Source: Takakia lepidozioides (Eukaryota > Plantae > Bryophyta). From it: a stretch of DNA of 64,000 nucleotides. Positions 23,628 to 34,922 of this stretch are shown here, piece after piece (position 1 is the first letter of the stretch; every line of letters begins with the position of its first letter). The position numbers were made by a program, and so were the translations under genes. The stretch covers positions 67,270,001 through 67,334,000 of the forward strand of contig CM060731.1 of assembly GCA_030704615.1 (NCBI GenBank), in the 5' to 3' direction. The notes under the pieces were generated by a model, which ran no database searches, was not told the origin of the DNA, and saw nothing but the letters and a program-made list of their open reading frames with translations.

Positions 23628-26222
23628 TCAGGAGAGAGAAAAAGGATGATGAGGACTCTGAGGATGAGTCAGATGAAGAAGAAGAGCAAGAACTAAAAAG
23701 AAAGAGTAAGAGAAAGGAGAAGTTGAAGAGGGATAACTATGAAAAAAGATTGGAAGAAATCTTGAAGAAGTATGCCACAGAGGCTGCAACACATTGGAGG
23801 AAGGGTGTATGGTGTGCAAAGTGCCAGAATGAAGGCCATACACACCCACAGAATGCCACATGAAGGAGAAACACTGTACTATCTGTAAAATGGATAACCA
23901 TTCTACTGAGAATTGTTACTACAACAGAAGGACAGCTGCAAGAGAACCTAGGCAAGTAAGGGTGCATCAGGTGCAGCCCCAGCCAAGAAGAAACACTGAT
24001 CAGGACCACTATGGTAGGTATGGTGGTTATAACAATGGCATGGAAGGGAGAGGTAATTCAAGAGGGAATTACCAAGGAAATTCCAGAGGCAACTATCAGG
24101 GTAATCCAAGGGGGAATTACCAGCCCGGAAATGAGGATTATAGAAATAATCCAAGAACAGACCAAGGGCGAGGACCCAATGGTGAAGAGCTATGTTACTA
24201 TTGTAATCAGCCAAGACATCGCAAGGCAACCTGTTCATTCTGGATAAGACACCAGAATGAGATGAGAGCTCCTGTGAATGAGGGCCCAGTGGTGGCAGCT
24301 CACATGGTTAGGCCAGTGTTTGTACCAGAAGTAAGTACAATGATAGTAACAAGAAGTAAAGCCAAACTAATACCTCCAGTAGTAGATGAAGAAGATGATA
24401 ATGAAGGTGGCAATGATATGCCTGAAGATGAAGAGACTTGGAGAGATGAGAAGGAACTGCACAAAGAAGTGGCAGATACTATAAGGGAAATGCAGAAGAG
24501 TACTGATATTCCTGTGGCAGATTCCTTTGATTCTGATGGAGAAGAAGAAGGGAGTGAGGAAGAAGGGAAGAAAGAAGATACAGACATGCAAAGTAATGAG
24601 GAGACTTTGGCTGAAGTAATATGCCAGACCAAAGCAGAAATTACCATTGGACAGCTATTAGCTGTGGCACCTTATTGTAGGCACAGGCTGTATCAAGCAA
24701 TCAATCGAATTGCCGAGGAGACAGGAAACACAGACCTGAACAGCAAGGTGACCAGTTATAATGTGAAGCCGGAAGGGCGAGAAACAGTCGTGGACTTTGA
24801 TGATTCTATGCCAGTAATCCAATTGAGAATTGGAAGCACAGAACTAACTGATGTACTCATAGATGGGGGTTCTGGAGTAAATATCATGACAGACCAATTA
24901 AGGAAGAAGCTTGGTCTAAGTAACATGAAACCAGCCCCATTTACAGTAACAATGGCAGATCAAAGAAGTGTACAGCCATTGGGATTAATAAGAGGAGTTA
25001 AGATACAGATACAGAAGATGATCTTTATGATTTGTAACTGTGTTGAAAATGGATGAAGTCATGGAGGCTTACTCCTTATTATTGGGACGTCCGTGGCTGA
25101 AACAGGCCAGGGTATTCCATGACTGGAATTCTCAGTTACTAACCGTGCATAATGGGATACACGAGATACAAATTACCACAAAGAAATCTAGTAGATTACC
25201 TACTACAAGAAGATCGAGGAGTCAGAGAGTATGACTGGAAAGGAGGACTGGATGAGGAGCAGGAAGCTACCCTATTTGCTGCACACCCAGAGTGGGAGCA
25301 GGTTGCAGAGATGCGGCTGGAAAGCCTAAGTTGTTTGAGAGGTATCTGCTGTGGTGTAGTGACAGCAACACCAACTGAAGAGGAAACCAGCGTTTACCCA
25401 TCACATTTCTATGAAGAAAGAGAAGGAGAAATGGGAATCCTAGAAGAACCAGCCACTGTGAGCTTACAGGATGAAGTGGTGACTGGTTGGACAATCACAG
25501 CTGATGAGCAGGTGAGGGAAGTAAATGTGGGAACTAAAGAGGAACCGAGGATGGTGAAAGTAGGAGCTGATTTGGAGCCGGAATTCTTCGAAGAAGCTAA
25601 AAGCTTGTTCATCAAATACAGAGATGTATTTGCTTGGAGCTATGAGGATCTAAAAGGGATACCACCTGAAGTCTGTCAGCATAAGATTGAACTGGAACCA
25701 GGGTCAGTACCAATCAAGCAGGCGAGGTATAGAATGAATCCCAACTACGCACAGAAGGTTGGAGAAGAGATAAAGAAGTTGGCTGAGGCTAAGTTTATAT
25801 ACCCAATAGAGTATACAACTTGGTTGTCACCCATTGTTATAGTTCCCAAGAAGAATGGCAAACTAAGAGTATGTGTGAACTATAAGAAGCTGAATGCTTG
25901 TACGAAGAAAGATCCTTTCCCTTTGCCATTCACAGAAGCAGTATTAGACACTGTGGCAGGCCATGAGATGTACTCATTCATGGATGGCTTCAGTGGTTAT
26001 AATCAAGTGCAAGTGGCAGCAGAAGACCAAGGGAAAACAGCTTTCATCACAGACTGGGGGGCTTATGCATACAAAGTCATGCCCTTTGGACTTTGTAATG
26101 CACCAGCGACCTTTCAGAGAGTGATAAGTGAATCTTTTCATGAGTATCTAGATGATTTCATGCAGGTATTCTTGGATGATTTCAGTGTGTACAGCTCTAA
26201 GAATGAGCACTTGCATAAATTG
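23628..26222 (+). pseudogene. Family B gag C-terminus (3 CCHC knuckles), protease and RT, inverted segment
   Basis: CAKCQNEGH, CTICKMDNHSTENC, CYYCNQPRHRKATC; LIDGGSGVN; LLLGRPW; FMDGFSGYNQ; FLDDF. Confidence 0.9.
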
Positions 26223-27545
26223 TTGCTCAATTCTGTTAGCAGTTTCAAATGCCTCCTCCACTGTATTATTGTTTAACATATCCACTTTCTTTTGCAACTC
26301 CGGTCTTAGTCCACTCACAAACCAAGTCTTCTGTAAACCGGGTGCTGGTACTGCAGCCAGCTTTTTCATCATCAATTCCATCTTCTCCATATACTCTTCT
26401 ACAGTTTCATGCTTCTTCTGCTTCAGCTGTTGTAAACTCCCATACACTTCATCCTCAGTTTTACTTGTCCTGAACCTATTTCGAAATGTTGTATTCAAGC
26501 CATTCCAAGTTAGGAAATGATTATCAGGGAATCTTGCATACCATTCACTTGCTTTCTTGATAAGTGAACAAGGAAACAGTCTCATCTTGGCATCATCGCC
26601 ATTCTCATTGTTCACTATACATATGTGCTCAAATTGGCTAATGTGTACATCGGGATCCCCTTTTCCTGAATATATTGGAAAGGGTGGTTTTGCCCGTGTT
26701 GGTTGTAACGCCATCTGTGGCCCTACCTTCTGCCCACTGACAGGTGCTGGCACCCTTGCTGGTGCTGGTCCTTCTGGACCTGTTGTTTTTGTGGTGGATC
26801 TTCCACCAAGTGGTGGCCCTTGAGCACTCCTTGCTTCTGGTCCCACGATATTCACAGTATTCCCAGCTTCAGTTGCACTACTTCCCACACTCCCTGTCCC
26901 CCCAGAGCCAGATCCAGGCAGCCCGCCTGATCCCCCTGAGCCGACACCTTCGTTGGCCTGTGATCCAAGTGCTCCACTTGATCCAGGTCCAACGGGTTGG
27001 GATGTCCTGGTTGTAGTCTCAACCTCAGCTGTTGGGTCTACTTCTTCATATTTTTCCTCTTCCAATTTCTTCTCTCTGTTTTCATCCTCCAAGTTCTGCC
27101 CTTGGGTTTCTTCTTCACTCATGTAACTCAACTGCAATGGTGTTGGAGAGTCTGAACTCTCCGTTGGCTCTGCCACATCCTCTCCTCCTTCTTCACCTTC
27201 CGCTTCAGAAACTGGAGTTCCTGCTTTTGGTGTTCCATGCCAACTTTTATCAAAGATTTCTGTCAAATCTTTTATCCAGGGATGTACCTCAGATCCTTCA
27301 CCTCGTGATCGATCTTCTTCTCGTACCAATTCCCTTAATCTTTCTCGCAAAGAAACAGATGGAGTGTCATTCAACTCTAGTTCTTCTGGTATGGGTGATG
27401 TACTCTTTGATCTTAATGGCGTGAGAGGTCCAGATGATTCCCCTATGTCTATTCCTCTCTCCCAAAGATATGGATAATTAGCTTTCAGATAGCTTTCTCT
27501 TTTTACTGAATATCTCTGGCGTCTAGCTTCTCTTTCATCACTCAT
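26222..27545 (-). CDS. Family B Gag N-terminal half (retrotrans_gag)
   Basis: YSGKGDPDVHISQF..LFPCSL..ASEWY..TWNGL..F..RF..LKQKKHETVEEY..FVSGLRPEL. Confidence 0.88.
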
Positions 27546-27566
27546 GTCCCATGTCTTTCATTTCTT

Positions 27567-28262
27567 TTAATGTGGCAATAACCAAAACTCTCTTCTGTAA
27601 TATCTCTCGTATATGCCTGGGTTTCTTTCAAGCTTCAATGCACCCTTGGCTATACTTGAAGTCTCCGTTACCATATAACCATATGGCAAACAAGTCTGGA
27701 AAGCTGTTCTTGGTGTGAGTTTGATCCACAAAATATCCTTTGGAATCCAATTCTTTACCAGTACAAGCTCTTCATGCATATGAGTATAAACATTCACCTT
27801 TCTTTCTTCCCAGCCTTCAAACTCTACTCTCTTAATGGATAGCAATGCTATCACATAAACCAATGTTGGTAACCAACATGCTCTTCCTCTACAGGCTACC
27901 TGATAATTCTTTATCACTCCTTTCTCCAGACCCCATTCCGGATCAGCATCATGCACTCGCTTAAGAATATTTTCTTTACAACCGTCTGGCAATTTCAAGA
28001 ACCTTTGAAAGAATTGTTTGGACAATCTTTCTTCCTTCGTTCCACAGGGAATTTGATTCACTTCAAATTCTTTAATGGTCCAACCACCATGATCCCACCA
28101 GATACCTGTCACATCTGGTTGTTCATGACTCAGTTCCCCAGTATGGTCGCCAAATGTCGCGCGGCTTTTACTCACCCATCCCTTCGTTATCCGAGGCGGA
28201 AACTCCAAGATAGAAGAGTTGGAAATCTCTAAGTACTCAGCCCGCGCAGAACAATCAGTCAT
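27567..28262 (-). CDS. Intact 231-aa accessory ORF immediately upstream of family B gag, function unknown
   Basis: ATG-initiated, uninterrupted, and stops ~20 bp before the gag ATG in the same orientation. Confidence 0.6.
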   Translation of the reverse strand: MTDCSARAEYLEISNSSILEFPPRITKGWVSKSRATFGDHTGELSHEQPDVTGIWWDHGGWTIKEFEVNQIPCGTKEERLSKQFFQRFLKLPDGCKENILKRVHDADPEWGLEKGVIKNYQVACRGRACWLPTLVYVIALLSIKRVEFEGWEERKVNVYTHMHEELVLVKNWIPKDILWIKLTPRTAFQTCLPYGYMVTETSSIAKGALKLERNPGIYERYYRREFWLLPH

Positions 28263-28799
28263 GACCTACAGCTAGTGTATCATGGGGGTGTTTCCTCTTT
28301 GTTTCCCTTTTGGCATTCATGTTAGCTACCTTACCATTGATAATTAAGTATCAGTTTGCTTCATCAATTTATCGGATTCCATCAACCCATCCATTCATTC
28401 CACAGCTTCACTCAGATCTCTCTACACAGTGTGGTTGTATCGTATAAGTATCAGATTATGATTTATCAGGTATCAGGCCGAAGCCATTGTGTCTCTAATC
28501 TGCTCTACAATATCACTACAGTTTTGCATATAACAAGCATCTACTAATCATCTCTCCTCCTTCACCGTGCTCTCCATCTTTGCTTCCGTTCTTACTCTCC
28601 GCCCGATCCTCTCTCTCTCTTGACGTGCTTCCAAGAATCATCCCCCAAAAAGCCCCTACTCAGTCCTTGCTTCTCCCTTTATCTTCCTACCCGTGGCTCT
28701 AACCGTTTCCCTCACTAACCGTCGTCCGTGAACTAACATGTTCCATTTGCAGGTGTTGTTCCCCACAGTCGTTCCCTGTCCTGCTCTCCGTTCCCTATG

Positions 28800-29068
28800 A
28801 TTGTGACAGTTGTGTCAAGCTGTGACTGGCTGTGTGAAACTGTGACGGGCTGTGATTGGTTGTGCGACTGTGTTTGGCTGTGTCGGGCTGCGACTGGCTG
28901 TGTGGCTGTGTCGGCTGTGACGGGCTGTGTTGGCTGTGATGGCTGTGTCGGGCTGTGACGAGCTGTGCTGACTGTGTCTGGCTGTGTCGGTTGTGACGAC
29001 TGTGACGGCTGTGACGGGCTGTGTCGGCTGTGACGACTGTGACGGGCTGTGTTGGCTGTGACGGGCTG
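28800..29068. repeat. Degenerate (GGCTGTGAC/GGCTGTGTC)n array in family B non-coding region
   Basis: Direct reading. A similar array lies at 29610-29790. Confidence 0.85.
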
Positions 29069-29609
29069 TGTAACCCCCCTCTACAGTGCGCTGGTCTCAC
29101 CCCTAAGGCTCCTGTTGGTCTCAGTCTGTGCAAAAATTAAGGGTACCCTACAGATCCCGTATAAGTGTCTAAGTCCCAGACAGTCCTCTAACACCTCATT
29201 GGGTAACTTCTTATTTTAACCCCCCTCAGTGGACTTTCCCCCCTGGAATGTCCACTAGGACAACACATGTGGCAAAAAACTCCCTTTTCTGTACTCGTAA
29301 AGGGTTCCGTTACCTTTGCCCTGAATGCATTAATGGGCCCACAATTAGTTTGGGTTGATGTACCGGGTAGGTATTTTGACGGCCCAATTTGTCTTCTTGC
29401 ATGATGACAGCCGCTTTTGCAATATATGCACTGCGGTGTGCTTCGCCCTGGCGACCACATGTTCATTTTTAGACCTGCCTCCGTCTTCCCCTGTCCGCGT
29501 GGCACATTCTCCGAGTTTGACTTCCAAGCTGTCTTTTCACCCGCCGGTCACTTTTTGGACGTTAACCCACGTCCACCTGTCACTAACCCTATGGACTGTG
29601 TAACCCGCG

Positions 29610-29790
29610 TGGGCTGTGTTGGGTTGTGACAGGCTGTGCCAAATTGTGACGAGCTATGATAGGCTGTGTGACACTGTGGTGTGCTGTGATAGGCTGTGTG
29701 ACACTGTGGTGGGCTGTGATAGACTGTGTGGTGCTGTGATGGGTTGTGATAAGCTGTGTGATGCTGTGGTAGGCTGTGATAACTGTGCGA
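29610..29790. repeat. ~30-bp GCTGTG-rich tandem array downstream of family B integrase
   Basis: gctgtgataggctgtgtgacactgtggt-like units. Confidence 0.8.
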
Positions 29791-30036
29791 ACACCCGTGT
29801 TCTCCGCTCAGGCCATACACATTCGGCTTAACGACAAGTGCTTCATGCTCCGTTGGTATTACCGGTGCAGCCCGTGACTGTTTTTGTGTTTCAATATGCA
29901 AATCGTGCTGCAATGGTTTGTCATGGATACCACTGTATCCCTTCAACTTATTGGCATTGACTCTTCCCAGCATCTCTTTGTTAATGGTTTGTAACATGGC
30001 GGTATTGTTATCATACATCTTCTGTATGACATAAGG

Positions 30037-30906
30037 TCATTTCCATGGAGATTTACCCTTCTTCTGCAACCACAGTACCAAATCTCCTGTTTTCAAAGTC
30101 TTTAATTTACCTTCATCAAACTGATCCTTCCTCTTCATCTGAATTTTGGTCATGTTATCTGCTGCATCAGCACGTACTTTTTTCACATGGTATAATTCAT
30201 GTTTCCTGACCTTAATTGAATCTTCCAATTCCATTCTCCTTCCCCATTCAGTTCTCATGGTAGGTAACAAGAATTCCACTGGAAGTAAAGCTTCCATACC
30301 ATAAACTAATTGGAATGGTGTATACTTAGTGGTGACTTTATATGAAGTCCTGTATGACCACAAAGCTGTCAGTAGCTTTGTATCCCAATCTGTTCTGTTT
30401 GCATTGACTATCTTAGCCAAGATAGTACATAGTATTTTATTGGTAGCCTTTGCCTACCCATTACCCTGTGGGTAATAAGTTGTACTCTTCCTATGCACAA
30501 TCATGAACTCTTTAGTCAATAGTTCTATGGTCTCATTAATGAAGTGACTTCCCTGGTCGCTAATAAATTCCAGGGGACAGCCAAATCTTGTAAGTATGTT
30601 CTCATATAGAACCTTGCTGTGGACTTAGCTGTGTTATCCCTCAGAGCTTTAGCTTCCACCCACTTTGTAGTATAATCAGTGGCTGTGATTATATACTTGT
30701 TCTGTGTATTTCTGGCTGGTGGGTGAATTGGTCCAACAAAGTCTAGTCCCCATTTCTGAAATGGTTCAGTAGGCATCGTAAGATGCAAAGCCATCTTTCC
30801 AGATCTCTGCAATGGTCCTAGCCTCTGACACTCATCACAACTCTTGCAATACTTGTGTACATCCTTGAACAATGTAGGCCACCAGTAACCTGCAAGTAGT
30901 ATCTTT
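30037..30906 (-). pseudogene. Family B integrase (core and C-terminus), downstream half of an interrupted pol
   Basis: [36 protein letters not shown]...L..ALWSYRT..TPFQLVYG. Confidence 0.9.
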
Positions 30907-31604
30907 TGTCGTGCGCATACATATCGCTACACAACTACATCGCTGTCCAAAAACCACACAAACATGTGCACACCACACACTAGTATACCACTAGTCCACC
31001 ATTAGTCCAGCCACTAGTCCAACCACTAGGCTACAACTAGTCAGTCACTAGGCTGCCACTATGCTGCCCACTATGGCAGTCACTAGTCCACACAATGATA
31101 AAGAAGAAGGATACAAGCACGAGCTCACAAATCTGAAGCATAAACTCATGCATATATAACCTCATCACTCAAATACAAGTCAAGCCAAGTGCACCCCACG
31201 CCATGGGGAATCCACACTACGGCGCCATAGCTAGGCGCGGTGAGGCTCAACTCGAGAAAGATGAGCCTTCCGCGCTTGCCGTGAAGCTAACCACTCCAGG
31301 GCCTAAATCTGCCTTGACCCCTGGATTGACACTTGGGCCAATCCCAAATGTCAATATGTAAAAGCTAGCTATTTCCTAGCTAGTTTCACACTAGTGGTAA
31401 AATAACTTGAAAGCTGTCGTGCGCATACATATCGCTACACAACTACATCGCTGTCCAAAAACCACACAACACATGTGTACACCACACACTAGTATACCAC
31501 TAGTCCACCACTAGTCCAACCACTAGTCCAACCACTAGGCTACAACTAGTCAGTCACTAGGCTGCCACTATGCTGCCCACTATGGCAGTCACTAGTCCAC
31601 ACAA

Positions 31605-31615
31605 TCGCCCCCCTA
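31605..31615 (-). promoter_or_regulatory. Polypurine tract
   Basis: TAGGGGGGCGA on the - strand directly before repeat B1 (TTGTGTGG..). Confidence 0.7.
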
Positions 31616-31863
31616 GCTGGTGCTTAGGTCCCTCTAAGTCCAGGTAGCCACAAGATGTGATAGTGACCATAGCCTCACTAAGTCCTCCACCACTATCCCT
31701 ACTACACTCAAACTCGATAGATCAAGAGGTCGGGTGCAAGAATTGCCCCATCGTTAGTCGCCGTCTTGCAACCTGTGAACTTGAGCTTGGGATCTCAAGT
31801 ATTGACTCCTATGAGCTTGGCCTCCCATGTCTTGTTAGCTGCCTCTAGTCATGTCCACTGCCA

Positions 31864-33075
31864 CTATCCCAAGCAGTGTGGACACAACCAATCTCCGTCA
31901 GGAACCTTCTCAAGAGGTGGTGTCAAGCATCCCATATGCCAACCCCTTGAGCATCGATCACACACCAGCATGGTGGCTGCCCCTTTGGCAGACCCACAAA
32001 GCATGTACCTCAAACCTGCAGGTACCACTGCCAAGTTTGGGTCAACTCTGCCATCGACATTGGGAAGGTGACATGGCGCACAATTACGCACATGGTCCTT
32101 CCAAGTCATGCCATCCCGACCCTCCAAGATCAGGACCCCTGAGGGCAACACCTCTCGAACCCTCAGAATAACACGCCTTGCAGTAACATCCAGAGTCGTA
32201 GGAGCAGTCTGCTGCAAATAAACATAGTCACTAGGGCTAAACCTCCGAACCCTAGGACGATATCCTCCACCACGTATAGTGGCATACCTCAACGTATCAC
32301 GGTGCTGTGCATTGGCAAGGTTCTCAAAAGCCATGGGCATGACTTTCTTGAACAACTCTGCACGTTGATCACATGCACGTACCCACACGTCCGGGTCGTC
32401 AAGGTTAAGGACTTGAGCAGTGTCCCTACGAATGGCTGCAGGCAAATCCGGCTCTCGGCCAAAGAGAAGGAAATATGGTGAGAAGGAGGCAAGTGATGCT
32501 TGTTTGCTGAACCTGTAGCCCATGGCTAACCAAGGAACCTGAAGATCCCAATCTCCTAGGTGTCCCTTCTGCAAGCCATACTTGCGCAAACCCCTCTTCA
32601 CCGTCTGAACAACTCTCTCTGCTAAGCCATCGGCCTCAGGATGATCCTGAGAAGTGGTGCGGTGGTCTATCAAGGCTTTATCACACAAAGCCTGAAACTC
32701 CCCCAAGAACTCTCTCCCTTGGTCCGTGAGTACCTCAGCTGGAGCACCAAATCGGCTAAGCACACGATCCAAGAATGCATACGCAACCCCCTCACTAGCC
32801 TTGTCAGGCAATGGAACCAACTCAATCCACTTGGAGAAGTGCTCCACCATCACCAACACATATCTGTGGTGGCGCATAGTCAGTGGCAACGGTCCTGCGA
32901 AGTCAAGACTCCACCTGTAGCCCAATCCCATGATTGGTAAAGGATGCAACTGTGGTGTAGGGGCGTTGAATGAAGCACGCACCCTGTCACACACCATGCA
33001 CCTAGCCACGAACTGTTGCACATCTGTATGCATACCACGCCACCAATACTGCCCCTGCAGTAAACTGTGAGTGCG
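31864..33075 (-). CDS. DDE integrase with C-terminal PHD finger (N-terminus deleted)
   Basis: YWWRGM..CMVC; D-D-E in WSLDFAGP, LTDQGREF, GLAERVV; PHD [Y]MLC..MLVCDRCSRGWHMGCLTPPLEKVPDGDWLCPHC (first Cys replaced by Tyr). Confidence 0.93.
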   Translation of the reverse strand, partial: RTHSLLQGQYWWRGMHTDVQQFVARCMVCDRVRASFNAPTPQLHPLPIMGLGYRWSLDFAGPLPLTMRHHRYVLVMVEHFSKWIELVPLPDKASEGVAYAFLDRVLSRFGAPAEVLTDQGREFLGEFQALCDKALIDHRTTSQDHPEADGLAERVVQTVKRGLRKYGLQKGHLGDWDLQVPWLAMGYRFSKQASLASFSPYFLLFGREPDLPAAIRRDTAQVLNLDDPDVWVRACDQRAELFKKVMPMAFENLANAQHRDTLRYATIRGGGYRPRVRRFSPSDYVYLQQTAPTTLDVTARRVILRVREVLPSGVLILEGRDGMTWKDHVRNCAPCHLPNVDGRVDPNLAVVPAGLRYMLCGSAKGAATMLVCDRCSRGWHMGCLTPPLEKVPDGDWLCPHCLG

Positions 33076-34922
33076 TCGCACTCCCCCTCACAGCCTCAAA
33101 GGCCTCAGGCACGGCCTGTCACAGCCCCTCACAGCCCATCACAGCCCCAAAGGCCATGGGCACAGCCCGTCACAGCCCCATCCATGGCCGCTCTGGCAGT
33201 TTAGCCATTTCTCCAAGGGGTTTAGCCACGCCAAGCGAGGGTTTGTGTCTCTTGGACTCTAGGCTTCTTTCCACCGAGCTATGGTGGCTGTGAGGAAATC
33301 AGCAAGGTATTCTTGCTCTTTCGGCTCCCACACACCACCATAGTAGCCCTAAGCCATGAGGTGGTTGCCACAAACCAAGCCTTCTTTCTCACTTAGCCTC
33401 CCCAAACACGCCACTAAACTCAATGGCAAACAACCAAGCCCTGCTGGTTCCCAGCCCTTGTGAGCACTCATTCAAGCACTCTCCTTGGCCATAGCATCTG
33501 TCTTAGAGCCTATTCCAGCCCCCTACACCTGCTGCTTCAAGAGTTGCGCTCCCTTCAAGCTTGAAGTTGAAACCCCAACTCACATAGGCCCTACAAGTGC
33601 TTTTCTTTCACTCCAAGTGGAAACCAGCCCTAGACCTTCCGTTCTATCTCTCAAAAGCTTGAAAACAAGAGCCTCAATGGGCTGAAGGCATGCTCCACAC
33701 ATGCCCCACTCTCACCATAAGAGAATCAGCTCCTTTGCTTCATTTTTTGCACCCACAAACCTGAAAATACAAGCTTCAGCAGGCTGAAAGCATGCTCCAC
33801 ATGCCCTACATGGAAACCAGCCCCTTCTTTCCTTTCTTGCACTCCCACACCTGAAAGTGCAAGCCTTCACCAGGCTGATAGCATGCTCCACACATGCAAC
33901 CTCTTCACACAAGAGATATCAGCCCCCTATCTTGGCTCCTTGGTTCCTTGATGCTCTCTAAGACAAGACTAAGCACTCCACACCCTTTGCCAAGCTCCTG
34001 AAACCCTAAGGCTTACATTTCCAGCCACAAGACACTTCTCTTGTGGTGCAAGAGCTCTTCTTCCAAGCTCTGAAACCCTAGGTGCACATTCCATGGCCTT
34101 GCCGCACCTCTTAGCTCCTGTTCCAGCCCTGCTCTCGCCATGACAAGAGCCCTCTCAATGCTGAAGCTCGAGATTGAAACCCAATCTCACCATACTCCAC
34201 AAAGTGCACTGATTTGCCCCAAGCCAAATCAGCCCTTTCGCTTGGTCTTGCAATCCTTCACACAATGAAAGCTCGCATTCCCAAGTCCAGTTCTCAACTT
34301 TGCCACCAAAGCCACTATAACCTGCTCTTGACTGGTCCTCTTCCCAATCGTGCTTGCTCATGCATGTACACAATCTGAAACCATCAAGGTGCTCTGGAAT
34401 TACCTGTAGTATGGTGCTTTCATCTCTGAAGCTGAAGATCGAATGCCAAGGTTTACCACCTCGTAACCCACATCGCCTCCGCTTCTAACAACCAAGAGCT
34501 CCACGGTGCTCCTTGCATAACAACTTGGTTTCTCTCATTCTCAAGCAAAAACCACAAGTGCTACAACTAACTCGTATCTAGCACTCATAGATACGAGCTG
34601 ATCTTTCTCGAGTGATAAAGAAGAAGGATACAAGCACGAGCTCACAAATCTGAAGCATAAACTCATGCATATATAACCTCATCACTCAAATACAAGTCAA
34701 GCCAAGTGCACCCCACGCCATGGGGAATCCACACTACGGCGCCATAGCTAGGCGCGGTGAGGCTCAACTCGAGAAAGATGAGCCTTCCGCGCTTGCCGTG
34801 AAGATAACCACTCCAGGGCCTAAATCTGCCTTGACCCCTGGATTGACACTTGGGCCAATCCCAAATGTCAATATGTAAAATTTCCTAGCTAGTTTCACAC
34901 TAGTGGTAAAAATAACTTGACA

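Larger units (their letters stand above)
22891..29069 (-). mobile_element. Ty3/gypsy family B (non-chromovirus type) copy: extra ORF - gag - [inverted gag-C/PR/RT] - RT end - RNase H
   Basis: gag N-half on - (27545-26222); gag C-half/PR/RT on + (23628-26222); RT end/RNase H on - (23627-22891; YSTTEREALAMIY, VDHQALIYL). Confidence 0.88.
30907..34922 (-). mobile_element. Family A-related, internally deleted element with complete ends: A1 - PBS - UTR - INT-PHD - PPT - B1 - A2 - B2; 4-bp TSD
   Basis: A1 34613-34922, B1 31415-31605, A2 31096-31412, B2 30907-31096. TSD CTTT at 30903-30906 and 34923-34926. Removing the element restores host integrase ETTSRK|ILLAGYWW. Confidence 0.93.

Noticed and set aside
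28800-29790. Short-repeat arrays (also 37818-38563 and 62400-62745) as CRISPR-like arrays
   Set aside because: Eukaryotic context, no unique spacers, no cas genes; intervening sequences are themselves repeated.
30907-31412. A2+B2 as an ordinary solo LTR or normal 3' LTR
   Set aside because: There is no separate TSD, the PPT abuts B1 rather than A2, the 5' end has A without B, and one TSD encloses the whole A-int-B-A-B unit.
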